64,000 nucleotides of DNA, from the NCBI GenBank assembly GCA_040767965.1, contig JAXGNR010000004.1:160001-224000 (forward strand), in the 5' to 3' direction. The notes under the pieces were generated by a model. It searched no databases, was not told where the DNA came from, and was given only the letters and a program-made list of their open reading frames with translations. The stretch is from Atribacterota bacterium. GTDB lineage: Bacteria; Atribacterota; Phoenicimicrobiia; Phoenicimicrobiales; Stramentimicrobiaceae. How positions within the stretch are numbered: the stretch's first letter is position 1; each line of letters opens with the position of its first letter. Shown here piece after piece: positions 32,307 to 40,516 of this stretch. A program made the position numbers and the translations under genes.

Positions 32307-32882
32307 ATGCCTCAACTGCAAGATGATTTAAAAATAATTGAATTATGTTTGCTTGGGAACACCCAGCAATTTTCAAATATTATAGAGAAATACAAAGGCA
32401 TGGTTTATAATTTAGCTTATCGCATGTGCGGCAATTATCATGATTCGGAAGACATAACCCAGGAAACTTTTGTCAAGACCTTTCAGGCTCTCAGCCATTT
32501 TAATCCGGCATTTCGCTTTTCTACCTGGCTTTATCAAATAGCCTTAAACGTTACCAAGGATCGATTGAAAAAGAAGAAGCTGGATAGCGTTTCCCTTGAC
32601 AATAATTTTGCAGATGGCCGGGAATTACAAAATGAATTAACTTCTTTTCAAAACAACAAAAACAATCCTGAAAATTATCTGGATAGCGTTGAAAAAAAAG
32701 AAATGCTGCAACAGGCCATGCTGTCTTTACCGGTGCAATACCGGGAAATTATTATACTAAGGCATCTGCAAGACCTGAGTTACCAGGAATTAGCCACTAT
32801 TTTAAAAGTATCCCCGGATACCGCCCGGGTCCGCTTATTTCGAGCCAGAGAACAATTAAAGAAAATTTTAAAAAATATTTAA
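32307..32882 (+). CDS. ECF RNA polymerase sigma factor (SigW/RpoE-like)
   Basis: EDITQETF, FSTWLYQIALN, LSYQELA.IL......R.RLFRAR. Confidence 0.95.
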   Translation: MPQLQDDLKIIELCLLGNTQQFSNIIEKYKGMVYNLAYRMCGNYHDSEDITQETFVKTFQALSHFNPAFRFSTWLYQIALNVTKDRLKKKKLDSVSLDNNFADGRELQNELTSFQNNKNNPENYLDSVEKKEMLQQAMLSLPVQYREIIILRHLQDLSYQELATILKVSPDTARVRLFRAREQLKKILKNI

Positions 32883-32887
32883 AGCAC

Positions 32888-32915
32888 TGTAACATTTTTT
32901 GTTCTCATTCGTATA
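32888..32915 (+). promoter_or_regulatory. ECF-sigma promoter upstream of the anti-sigma gene
   Basis: TGTAAC-N16-CGTATA, of the SigW/SigX/SigM AAC...CGT type. Confidence 0.75.
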
Positions 32916-32978
32916 ACAAAGTAGAAGTGAAAATAAATCATTTTAATATTTATATTTTATAGGTGTAAAGATAATAAA

Positions 32979-33638
32979 ATGAAATGCTTACAAGCAAGAG
33001 AATTATTTCAAGAATATCTTGATAAACATATTTCCGCTGAAAAAAGAAGCCAATTAGAGGAACATTTGCTTAACTGTCCTTCCTGCCAGGAAGATTTAAA
33101 AGAATGGGAAATTCTTTTTTCAGATATTCAAATTCTTACAGAAGAGAAAACTGTTCCTGCAGGATTAACCCAGTCAATTATGTCTCACATCCAGACAGAA
33201 AAAATTACCGCAAAACAATCCTGGATAGAGAAATTAAAACACATTTTTGTAATCCCGCGCTTCTCTTTAAGGTGGGTCTGCAAGCGCACTGTTGCTTTAA
33301 CGGTAATGATATTTTTTGTTAACTTTATCTGGCTATCACCGGAAATGCTGCCAGAGGGGTTGACTGAAGTTCAGTTCAGCCTGAGAGCTGGCGGAGATCA
33401 GCCAACCAGTGTAGCGGTGGTAGGAGACTTTAATGATTGGAATCCCAGCAAAAACCTGTTAAAAGATGAAAACAACGATGGGATCTGGTCGCTAACCTTA
33501 AATCTGGAACCAGGCCGTTATGAGTACATGTTTATAATTGATGGCCAAAAATGGGTACCGGATCCGGAAGCATATCGTTATGTCCGGGATGGTTTCGGCA
33601 ATAAAAATGCAGTAATAGAAATAAGTAATTGCAGCTGA
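32979..33638 (+). CDS. Zinc-finger (ZAS) anti-sigma factor with TM and C-terminal CBM48/AMPK-type glycogen-binding domain
   Basis: HLLNCPSC (HxxxCxxC); TM; VVGDFNDW...LEPGRYEYMFIIDG.KW.PDP. Confidence 0.88.
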   Translation: MKCLQARELFQEYLDKHISAEKRSQLEEHLLNCPSCQEDLKEWEILFSDIQILTEEKTVPAGLTQSIMSHIQTEKITAKQSWIEKLKHIFVIPRFSLRWVCKRTVALTVMIFFVNFIWLSPEMLPEGLTEVQFSLRAGGDQPTSVAVVGDFNDWNPSKNLLKDENNDGIWSLTLNLEPGRYEYMFIIDGQKWVPDPEAYRYVRDGFGNKNAVIEISNCS

Positions 33639-33697
33639 AAAAGCTGTTAGTGTTAAGAGGAAGAGAAAGAACAAAAATTACAAGGTGTTAAAAATAA

Positions 33698-34675
33698 ATG
33701 AAAAAATTAAGGTTTACTGAAAAATTAAATAATAACAGAATATCATCTTTTCTATTTACCCTGTTATTTATTGTTCTTTTTTTGGTATTTACTGAAACAG
33801 GATTTGCGCAGGAAAAGGAACTTGCGAACCTGGAAAGAATTTTACAGCAGAACAGGTACAGCAGCTTCCAGCAGAGAATGATTATTACCACTACACAGGA
33901 ACTGTTGAAATTACAGGTTGATCATGCAGAGCTTAATAAGCTTTTATCTACCAGCATTGCTAACCGTTTTGATGCTTATAATATTAAAAAGATTTTAGAA
34001 GTAATTATTGATGCTAAAAAGAACGGGCTTTCTGAGAAGTCGCTGCTAAATAAATTTAAAGAAGGTTTAGCCAAAAGAGTAGATGAAAGATTAATTGTAG
34101 AGGTTCTTCTCAAAGAAGCTGAAAATTTAAAAATCGTAAAAAATATGCTTAAAGGCAACTTCATTGCAGAAGTATCATTTGAGCAGGATATTATAGTTGA
34201 TTCTTTAATGGAAGGTTTAAATAACGGAGTGCCGCAGGATTCTCTCTCTGAAGTAATTACCAGGGGTGCACGGGAAGGCAAAAGATTGCGGGAAGTAGCT
34301 GAAGTTAGTGCAGAAATGGGTAATTTAAGCTTAAAAGCTTATGAATTAGGTTTATCTGAACAGGAAGTAAATGAGGTATTTTCCAAAGCTGTAGCAAGCA
34401 GGAGTGGTATTGACGGTATCTGTGAAGATATACAGGATACCCTGATAGCTGCTGCAATAGCCAAAATGAACCTGGCTACCAGAAACAGCTCGGGAAGTTC
34501 CAGTCAGAGTACGTCAATAACCGGTATTTCCGAAGGTGAAGGCAGTACCTCTGGCTCCAGCTCAAGCAGTATTATTCCATCCAGCAGCAGTACTTCAACA
34601 CCTACTGCTTCTGATGACAAACCTGATACTGGCAGTACATCCGATAGCGGCAGTTCATCTCCACCGGAGAATTAA
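33698..34675 (+). CDS. Secreted helical hypothetical protein with Ser/Thr-rich tail
   Basis: Signal peptide GFA-Q; C-terminal ~60 aa S/T/G low-complexity. Confidence 0.7.
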   Translation: MKKLRFTEKLNNNRISSFLFTLLFIVLFLVFTETGFAQEKELANLERILQQNRYSSFQQRMIITTTQELLKLQVDHAELNKLLSTSIANRFDAYNIKKILEVIIDAKKNGLSEKSLLNKFKEGLAKRVDERLIVEVLLKEAENLKIVKNMLKGNFIAEVSFEQDIIVDSLMEGLNNGVPQDSLSEVITRGAREGKRLREVAEVSAEMGNLSLKAYELGLSEQEVNEVFSKAVASRSGIDGICEDIQDTLIAAAIAKMNLATRNSSGSSSQSTSITGISEGEGSTSGSSSSSIIPSSSSTSTPTASDDKPDTGSTSDSGSSSPPEN

Positions 34676-34843
34676 GAATAATTTACAGTTCTTTTAAAAT
34701 TTAATAAAATAGTATCGAGTATATAGCAGGTAGTATCTAGTGAAAAGTGAAAGCATGTTACGTTTTCCTGCAAAGGTGGAAGGTTATAAATGTATTTTAC
34801 TAACTACTATCGCTAACGACTAACAGATAAAGCAAGCTTCTGC

Positions 34844-34872
34844 TTGACTTTTTAAGCAAAATGCTTTATAAA
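34844..34872 (+). promoter_or_regulatory. Putative sigma70 promoter of Cys-rich lipoprotein 1
   Basis: TTGACT-N17-TATAAA. Confidence 0.5.
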
Positions 34873-35084
34873 CTAAAATGATTGACTAAAGTCTTAAAGG
34901 CTGGTCACAAGCCCGCGTGAGGTCGACATGCGGAATATTTACTGTAGAAAATATTTATTTAATACAGGTAAAGAGCTTGAAGTCCAGATAAATAGAAGAG
35001 GAATTAATTAATTTCTCATAAAATCCATGGAAAAAAGAAAAATAGAAAATTAAGAAAAACAAAATTCGAAAGGAGAATTTTTTA

Positions 35085-36050
35085 ATGAAGAAATTTTTAG
35101 TATTATTACTGATCTCAGTCCTAGCCCTGTTTGTTTTTGCCGGTTGTTCTGGCGTAGTTCCAGGCGAAGGCGAAGGCGAAGGTGAAGGTGAAATCGAAGA
35201 AGCAACCGTTGAAATTGACGGTTCTGTAGTCTTAGAAGGCAAAACCTATGTTGCAGCAGGTACTCATACCATTACTGTTACTTTCCCGGCACCAGTAGCT
35301 AATGCAGGTGCCTATTTAAGTGATTGTTCTGGTGATTACAGCAAAGCACCAATGGAACCAGATATTGTCCTTTTCCCAAACGAAGACAAGACCGTCTGGT
35401 CAGGTTCCGGATCTTTTGGTGATGGTGATTGTGAACCCTGCTGTGCTTCTTACCTGTACATCGATGCCGGCGAATGTGAAGAAGATGTCTGTATTGCCAT
35501 TCCGGTAATCGTTGATGGTTTACCTCCATATGCTAAAATTTTAATTGAAGCAGATGGCGATGATTGTGTCTGTGAAGACTGTGATATTACCTTCAGTATT
35601 TATGAAAAAGAAATTGACTGTGCAGATGATGAACTTTGCTGTGGTGATGACTGCTCAGGTTTAGCCAGCTGGTCTATTGCTATCTTTGACGAAGATCCGT
35701 TTGCAGAATGCTGCACCATCCCTTGTGTAGAACCAGTCTTTACCTGCAGCGGCACAGATTGCCCAATTGAATGCTCAACCGGCTGCCTGGTAGTAGGAGA
35801 AGAGGGAGATAAGTACTATGTTATCGTCAGCATGGTTGACCAGGTTGGCAATGATATGGAATACTATGCAACCATTGAAATTGAAAGTGATTGCGAAATT
35901 ACTGTTACTGAACATGCAGCTAATATTCCAGTTGGCGGAATTTACCAATGCACAGATTGGGATGCTCCAATGCCTACTGATGTTGAAGGAACAATCGGAC
36001 ATTGCAATTTTCCAGCATGGACTAATCAATACGGAGAAGAAATCGAATAA
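35085..36050 (+). CDS. Cys-rich acidic lipoprotein, paralog 1
   Basis: AAGGAG RBS; lipobox FAGC; (GE)5 linker; 24 Cys in 321 aa. Confidence 0.85.
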   Translation: MKKFLVLLLISVLALFVFAGCSGVVPGEGEGEGEGEIEEATVEIDGSVVLEGKTYVAAGTHTITVTFPAPVANAGAYLSDCSGDYSKAPMEPDIVLFPNEDKTVWSGSGSFGDGDCEPCCASYLYIDAGECEEDVCIAIPVIVDGLPPYAKILIEADGDDCVCEDCDITFSIYEKEIDCADDELCCGDDCSGLASWSIAIFDEDPFAECCTIPCVEPVFTCSGTDCPIECSTGCLVVGEEGDKYYVIVSMVDQVGNDMEYYATIEIESDCEITVTEHAANIPVGGIYQCTDWDAPMPTDVEGTIGHCNFPAWTNQYGEEIE

Positions 36051-36086
36051 TAATCTAATATTAATTTAACCAATACTATAAAGAAA

Positions 36087-36126
36087 AAAAAATGGGTTAG
36101 GAATTAAATTTCCTAATCCATTTTTT
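36087..36126 (+). terminator. Rho-independent terminator
   Basis: AAAAAATGGGTTAGGAA...TTCCTAATCCATTTTTT. Confidence 0.75.
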
Positions 36127-36604
36127 ATTTTCCTATTAATTTCTGTTTATTTTTTAATATTGAATTACTAAAAATATATAAAATATTTAACAACCAAAAT
36201 ACTTACAGTAAAATTATCTTTTATAACCACTCATAATTATCGATAAAGGTTTTTAATAAATATAGTTAATCATTAATACTATTATAATAATATATTTTTG
36301 TGAGTATTATTCGAAAACTACCAAAACGGTAACTATCCTTTTTTATGCTATTATATTATATGAATAATTAAATAAGCGATTGAGAAAGTGTAGTTAATCC
36401 AAATAAAGTTTTTTATAAATCTTTAAAAAATATGTTAATAATTCTCAAAAAAATTATAATTATGCAAATTGATATTTTTGATTTATTTCTATAATCTGCA
36501 ATCCTCTTTCTCTATAAATTAAGCCATTAAAAATATTCTAATAAGAAAATAATTTATTTAAAAACTATTTAAATTAAAAAAATTACAAAAAAATATAAAT
36601 ATTA

Positions 36605-36632
36605 TGTAACATCTTACTTGTCTTCTCGTATA
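36605..36632 (+). promoter_or_regulatory. ECF-sigma promoter upstream of Cys-rich lipoprotein 2
   Basis: TGTAAC-N16-CGTATA, same boxes and spacing as 32888-32915. Confidence 0.75.
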
Positions 36633-36787
36633 ATAGTTAAGTGTTAATTTTATATTATAATAATGCAGAAAATAATTTTTAGTATTTTAGTATTTGAAGA
36701 ATATTAAAATACAGCAAAATTTAATTATGCAATAAATTTTAGTAAGTAATAATTAATTTAGAAAAAAGAAAAGGAGTAACAAAAAAC

Positions 36788-37804
36788 ATGAAGAAATTTT
36801 TAGTATTATTACTGATCTCAGTTCTGGCCCTGTTTGTCTTTGCCGGCTGTTCCGGCGTAGTCCCGGGCGAAGGTGAAGGCGAAGGAGAAGGCGAAATTGA
36901 AGAAGTAACCGTTGAAATAGACGGTTCTGTAGTCTTAGAAGGTAAAACCTATGTCTCAGCAGGCAACCATACCATTACTGTTACCTTCCCAGCACCGGTT
37001 TCCGGCAGCGTTTCTGCAGAGATTACCGGCTGTACAGGTTATTACGGTGATAAAGGGGAAATTCCAGAGTATAATGGAGCTGTAGTCCTTTTCCCCAATG
37101 AAGACAAAACTGTCTGGTCCGGTTCCGGTTATTTTGGAGGATATATGGGTCCTTTGAGCAGCAGACAAGGATCACCTATACCTATAAACGGATTTTACAA
37201 TGATTGCTGTGCCTCTTATGTCAGAATTAATGCCGGCGAATGTTCTGATGATGTCTGCATCGAATTTCCGGTTATCGTTGATGCTCTACCTCCTTATGCT
37301 TCAATTGTAATAGCTACAGATGATGAATGTGTCTGTGAAGACTGTGATATTACCTTCAGCATTTATGAAAGCGAAGTTGACTGTGCTGATAACGAAGCCT
37401 GCTGTGGTGATGATTGCTCAGGTTTAGCCAGCTGGTCTATTGCTGTCTTTGATACCAACCCGTTTGCAGAATGCTGCACCATTCCTTGTGTAGAACCAGT
37501 CTTTACCTGCAGCGGCACAGATTGCCCAATTGAATGCGCAACCGGCTGCCTGGTAGTAGGAGAAGAGGGAGACATGTACTATGTTATCGTCAGCATGGTT
37601 GACCAGGTTGGCAATGAGAATGAATTCTACGCAACTATAGAGATAGAAAGTGATTGCTCTATAGAGGTACAAGATTATAGCAGCAATATAGAGATTGGTG
37701 GAGTGCCATCCTGTACTGACTGGACCAACGGCCAAATAATCAGCGAAGATACTGAAGCTGGTGGCTATGTATTTGGTTATTGTGGTGATAAATTTAGAAA
37801 TTAA
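36788..37804 (+). CDS. Cys-rich acidic lipoprotein, paralog 2
   Basis: First 39 aa identical to paralog 1; (GE)5; 23 Cys in 338 aa. Confidence 0.85.
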   Translation: MKKFLVLLLISVLALFVFAGCSGVVPGEGEGEGEGEIEEVTVEIDGSVVLEGKTYVSAGNHTITVTFPAPVSGSVSAEITGCTGYYGDKGEIPEYNGAVVLFPNEDKTVWSGSGYFGGYMGPLSSRQGSPIPINGFYNDCCASYVRINAGECSDDVCIEFPVIVDALPPYASIVIATDDECVCEDCDITFSIYESEVDCADNEACCGDDCSGLASWSIAVFDTNPFAECCTIPCVEPVFTCSGTDCPIECATGCLVVGEEGDMYYVIVSMVDQVGNENEFYATIEIESDCSIEVQDYSSNIEIGGVPSCTDWTNGQIISEDTEAGGYVFGYCGDKFRN

Positions 37805-37852
37805 CCTGAATTAAAAAATAGAAAAAATAAAATAAAATATAATTGAAATTTA

Positions 37853-37891
37853 ATAAATAAAAGAGGAGGTTTAACCTCCTCTTTTATTTAT
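37853..37891 (+). terminator. Rho-independent terminator
   Basis: ATAAATAAAAGAGGAGGTT-T-AACCTCCTCTTTTATTTAT. Confidence 0.85.
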
Positions 37892-37992
37892 AGATGCTTT
37901 TTGTATCACAAAAAATAGGAAAAAATGCTATTAATTAATTAAATAAAATCAGATAGAAAATATTTTAATTTAAATCTATTTTTTGGTTTTGC

Positions 37993-38760
37993 TTGTCAAG
38001 GAAGAGATATTTCTATATAATATTTTCTATGATAAAAATTTACCCAATTATAAAAAAAGGTATATTGCTCTTATCCTGTCTAGTATTTGCATTTTTATAT
38101 GCAGGATGCCATCAGGAAATTATTACCTCTAATCCGGATAATAATAATAATGATGACCAGTACTATAATGATATAAGAATACAATCGCTCCTGTTGGTCA
38201 AAGGAAATCCAGATATTGTTAAAGACTGTACTCCGGAATTTACAATATTTACAGAAAAGGATGAAGTTAAAAATATGTCTTTTAGCGGAAATGGGATAGA
38301 CTGGTCTCCCTGGATTCCATATGCCGAGAATTATGAAAATTTTAATATTGCCAGCGGCACATATGGAACTATGCGGGAATCAGGAAATAAAACCATTTAT
38401 ATCCGTTTCCAGGATGAAAATGGAATTGTCTTTCCAGCCGGATCACAGGAACCTGTTGTCTGTAATTTTAAATATAAAATGCAGGATTTGTTTTCTATTA
38501 AAATTGAACCATCAACAACAGAAGTTATGAAAGGTGGAAAAGCTAGTTTCCAAATAAAAGGATATGACATAGTATTAAATGAAGTACCTTTAGATCCTGC
38601 TCTGGCAAGCTGGACCAAGGGTTGCGGTGTGGGGGAATTAAATCCCATAGTTGGTTTAAGTACTACGTATACTGCTCCGGATATTGCCGGTGTAAGAGAT
38701 ATTGCTGCTCATTATGGATCTTTAAGAGTGGGCGCCAAAATATATATTTCAGAAAAATAA
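37993..38760 (+). CDS. Hypothetical lipoprotein with Ig-like domains
   Basis: Lipobox YAGC; WSPWIPY, G.KTIYIRF.D..G; Big-like C-terminal domain; start probably later (ATG ~38029). Confidence 0.7.
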   Translation: MSRKRYFYIIFSMIKIYPIIKKGILLLSCLVFAFLYAGCHQEIITSNPDNNNNDDQYYNDIRIQSLLLVKGNPDIVKDCTPEFTIFTEKDEVKNMSFSGNGIDWSPWIPYAENYENFNIASGTYGTMRESGNKTIYIRFQDENGIVFPAGSQEPVVCNFKYKMQDLFSIKIEPSTTEVMKGGKASFQIKGYDIVLNEVPLDPALASWTKGCGVGELNPIVGLSTTYTAPDIAGVRDIAAHYGSLRVGAKIYISEK

Positions 38761-38803
38761 AAATTATTATTAAATAAAGATTTTTAAAAAGGAGAAGATT
38801 ATA

Positions 38804-39555
38804 ATGAAAAAAATATTTGTCGTGTTATTAATATTATCAATAGCTCTGTTTGTTTTTTCCGGCTGTTCCGGTGTAGTCCCGGGTGAAGGTGAAGGCGAGG
38901 GTGAAGGCGAAGGTGAAGGCGAGGGTGAAGTCAAGCAAGTTGTTTTAGTTGAAACATTTGTAGCAGACGGTTGTGGCAATTGTGCCCTTCTTAAACCTAG
39001 ATTAGAAGATCTTGCTGATGAATATGATAGAAATGAAATGATCTTGGTGGAACTAATCCCATGGGCGACTTATTCACTATCTTTAGCTTATGAACGTTTT
39101 GATTGGTATTCACCAGACAACAAGAATATACCACAAACATATTTTAATGGGTCAAATAAAACAGTTGGCAGCTCTGCTTCTTACGCAACATTAAAAAGCA
39201 GAATCGATGCTCAGTTAACACTCACTCCAAAAGTTTCCATTCAGGCTTCTGCGCAGCACAAATGGCCAGACTTCAATAATTACCGGCTCAATTAAAAATA
39301 TTAGCAGCAATGATTTATCAAATCTGGTTATTAACGGAATGACTTTGAAAAGCAGAGGAAGCTTTGGTTATGCAGTAACAAATATTTTTGACAATGAAAA
39401 GATATCTCGTTTCCTCTTTAGCAGCAGGGGAGACTAAAAATTTCACAATGACATTAACAGATATAAATTGGGATGGCCAGGGTTATGATGGAGTTATTTT
39501 TGTTCAGTCTACAAGCGGCATTAAAACCATTTACCAATCTTTATATATTAACTAA
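38804..39555 (+). pseudogene. (GE)8 lipoprotein with thioredoxin-like CxxC / Omp28-like domain, interrupted by two +1 frameshifts
   Basis: Lipobox FSGC, VLVETF...CGNC; continues in shifted frames (RSTNGQTSIITGSIKN..., then ...YDGVIFVQ...IYQSLYIN*) and matches paralog 42765-43571. Confidence 0.75.
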
Positions 39556-39556
39556 A

Positions 39557-39583
39557 TTGTCACAGGGACGGTTTTTTTGACAA
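39557..39583 (+). repeat. REP-like element, family A copy 4
   Basis: TTGTCACAGGGACGGTTTTTTTGACAA (2 substitutions). Confidence 0.88.
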
Positions 39584-39925
39584 TATACTACGAAAAATTA
39601 TTTTGTAGTATATTGTCAAAAATTAATATAAGTTCTTTTAAATGTAAACATAAACATTTATGAGTACAACATGAAACAGGCCTGTATCTTGATTAAATTT
39701 AAGATACAGGTTGTACTATCTTGTATCAACAATGATGTTTTGATCTAGCTTTTGTTTTTAAAAGGTTTTCAAATAAAAATTAAAAACTAAAACAAGTAAT
39801 ATTGTAAGTATCAAAAAATGAGCAGGATCACTTGTTTATATGCAAAATTCTCATTCGATCTGCCAGATATAAAAAATAAGAAAAGCCACTGAACTAAAAC
39901 ATAAACAATAAAGGAGAACTTTTAG

Positions 39926-40333
39926 ATGAAAAAAATATGTTTATTGCTTTTAATAGTAATATTCTCATTTTTAATAATCGGATGTTCCGGAGTTACACCC
40001 AATACTCCTGGAGATGAATATGATGAACAAAATACACAGGTATCTTATATAAAAGTTACACCAGCAAGTACAGAGCTTTCCTTTGGCCAGTCCAAAAAAT
40101 TTGAAGTCAAGGCTTACAATTCTGAAAACAAATTGGTTGCCATGGATGCCTCTAAGATTAAATGGACCTGTACTTATGAATGTATTGCCTGCGGAGTAGT
40201 TTGTAATGTATCACCAGTTACAGGATCAGCACAGACAACTTTTAAAGCAACCAACCCTGAAAAAACCGGCAGCTTTGAAGTCTGGGCAAATTATGATGGA
40301 AAATGGGCTAAGGCAAACGTTACTGTAAACTAA
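39926..40333 (+). CDS. Small lipoprotein with Ig-like domain
   Basis: AAGGAG RBS, lipobox IIGC-SGVTP, IKVTPA..EL..G. Confidence 0.78.
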   Translation: MKKICLLLLIVIFSFLIIGCSGVTPNTPGDEYDEQNTQVSYIKVTPASTELSFGQSKKFEVKAYNSENKLVAMDASKIKWTCTYECIACGVVCNVSPVTGSAQTTFKATNPEKTGSFEVWANYDGKWAKANVTVN

Positions 40334-40336
40334 AGA

Positions 40337-40363
40337 TTGTCACAGGGACGGTTCTTTTGACAA
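40337..40363 (+). repeat. REP-like element, family A copy 5
   Basis: TTGTCACAGGGACGGTTCTTTTGACAA (1 substitution). Confidence 0.9.
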
Positions 40364-40516
40364 CATAAAATACTTCTCGAAGCATAAAATAGATAAGTAT
40401 TCTAATCCATTGCCAGCAGAAGAGGATTGAATTAAAAAGAATAGTACACTAAATTCACTGACACTGATAGAAAAAGTATAGATTTTAACAATATTAATAT
40501 TGTTAAGTGTGATGAT

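Noticed and set aside
35697-37617. Near-identical blocks as DGR template/variable repeats
   Set aside because: No reverse transcriptase in the window, mismatches are not adenine-specific, and both copies lie inside paralogous ORFs.
35085-37804. Cys-rich proteins as multiheme cytochromes or ferredoxins
   Set aside because: No CxxCH and no CxxCxxCxxxC motifs; both are exported lipoproteins.
34955-38979. Minus-strand ORFs with (SP)n repeats and other short overlapping ORFs in the track
   Set aside because: Shadows of the (GE)n codons or of longer well-supported genes.
16375-40363. 27-bp repeats as a CRISPR array
   Set aside because: Copies are 0.8-14 kb apart with no regular spacers, and there are no cas genes in the window.
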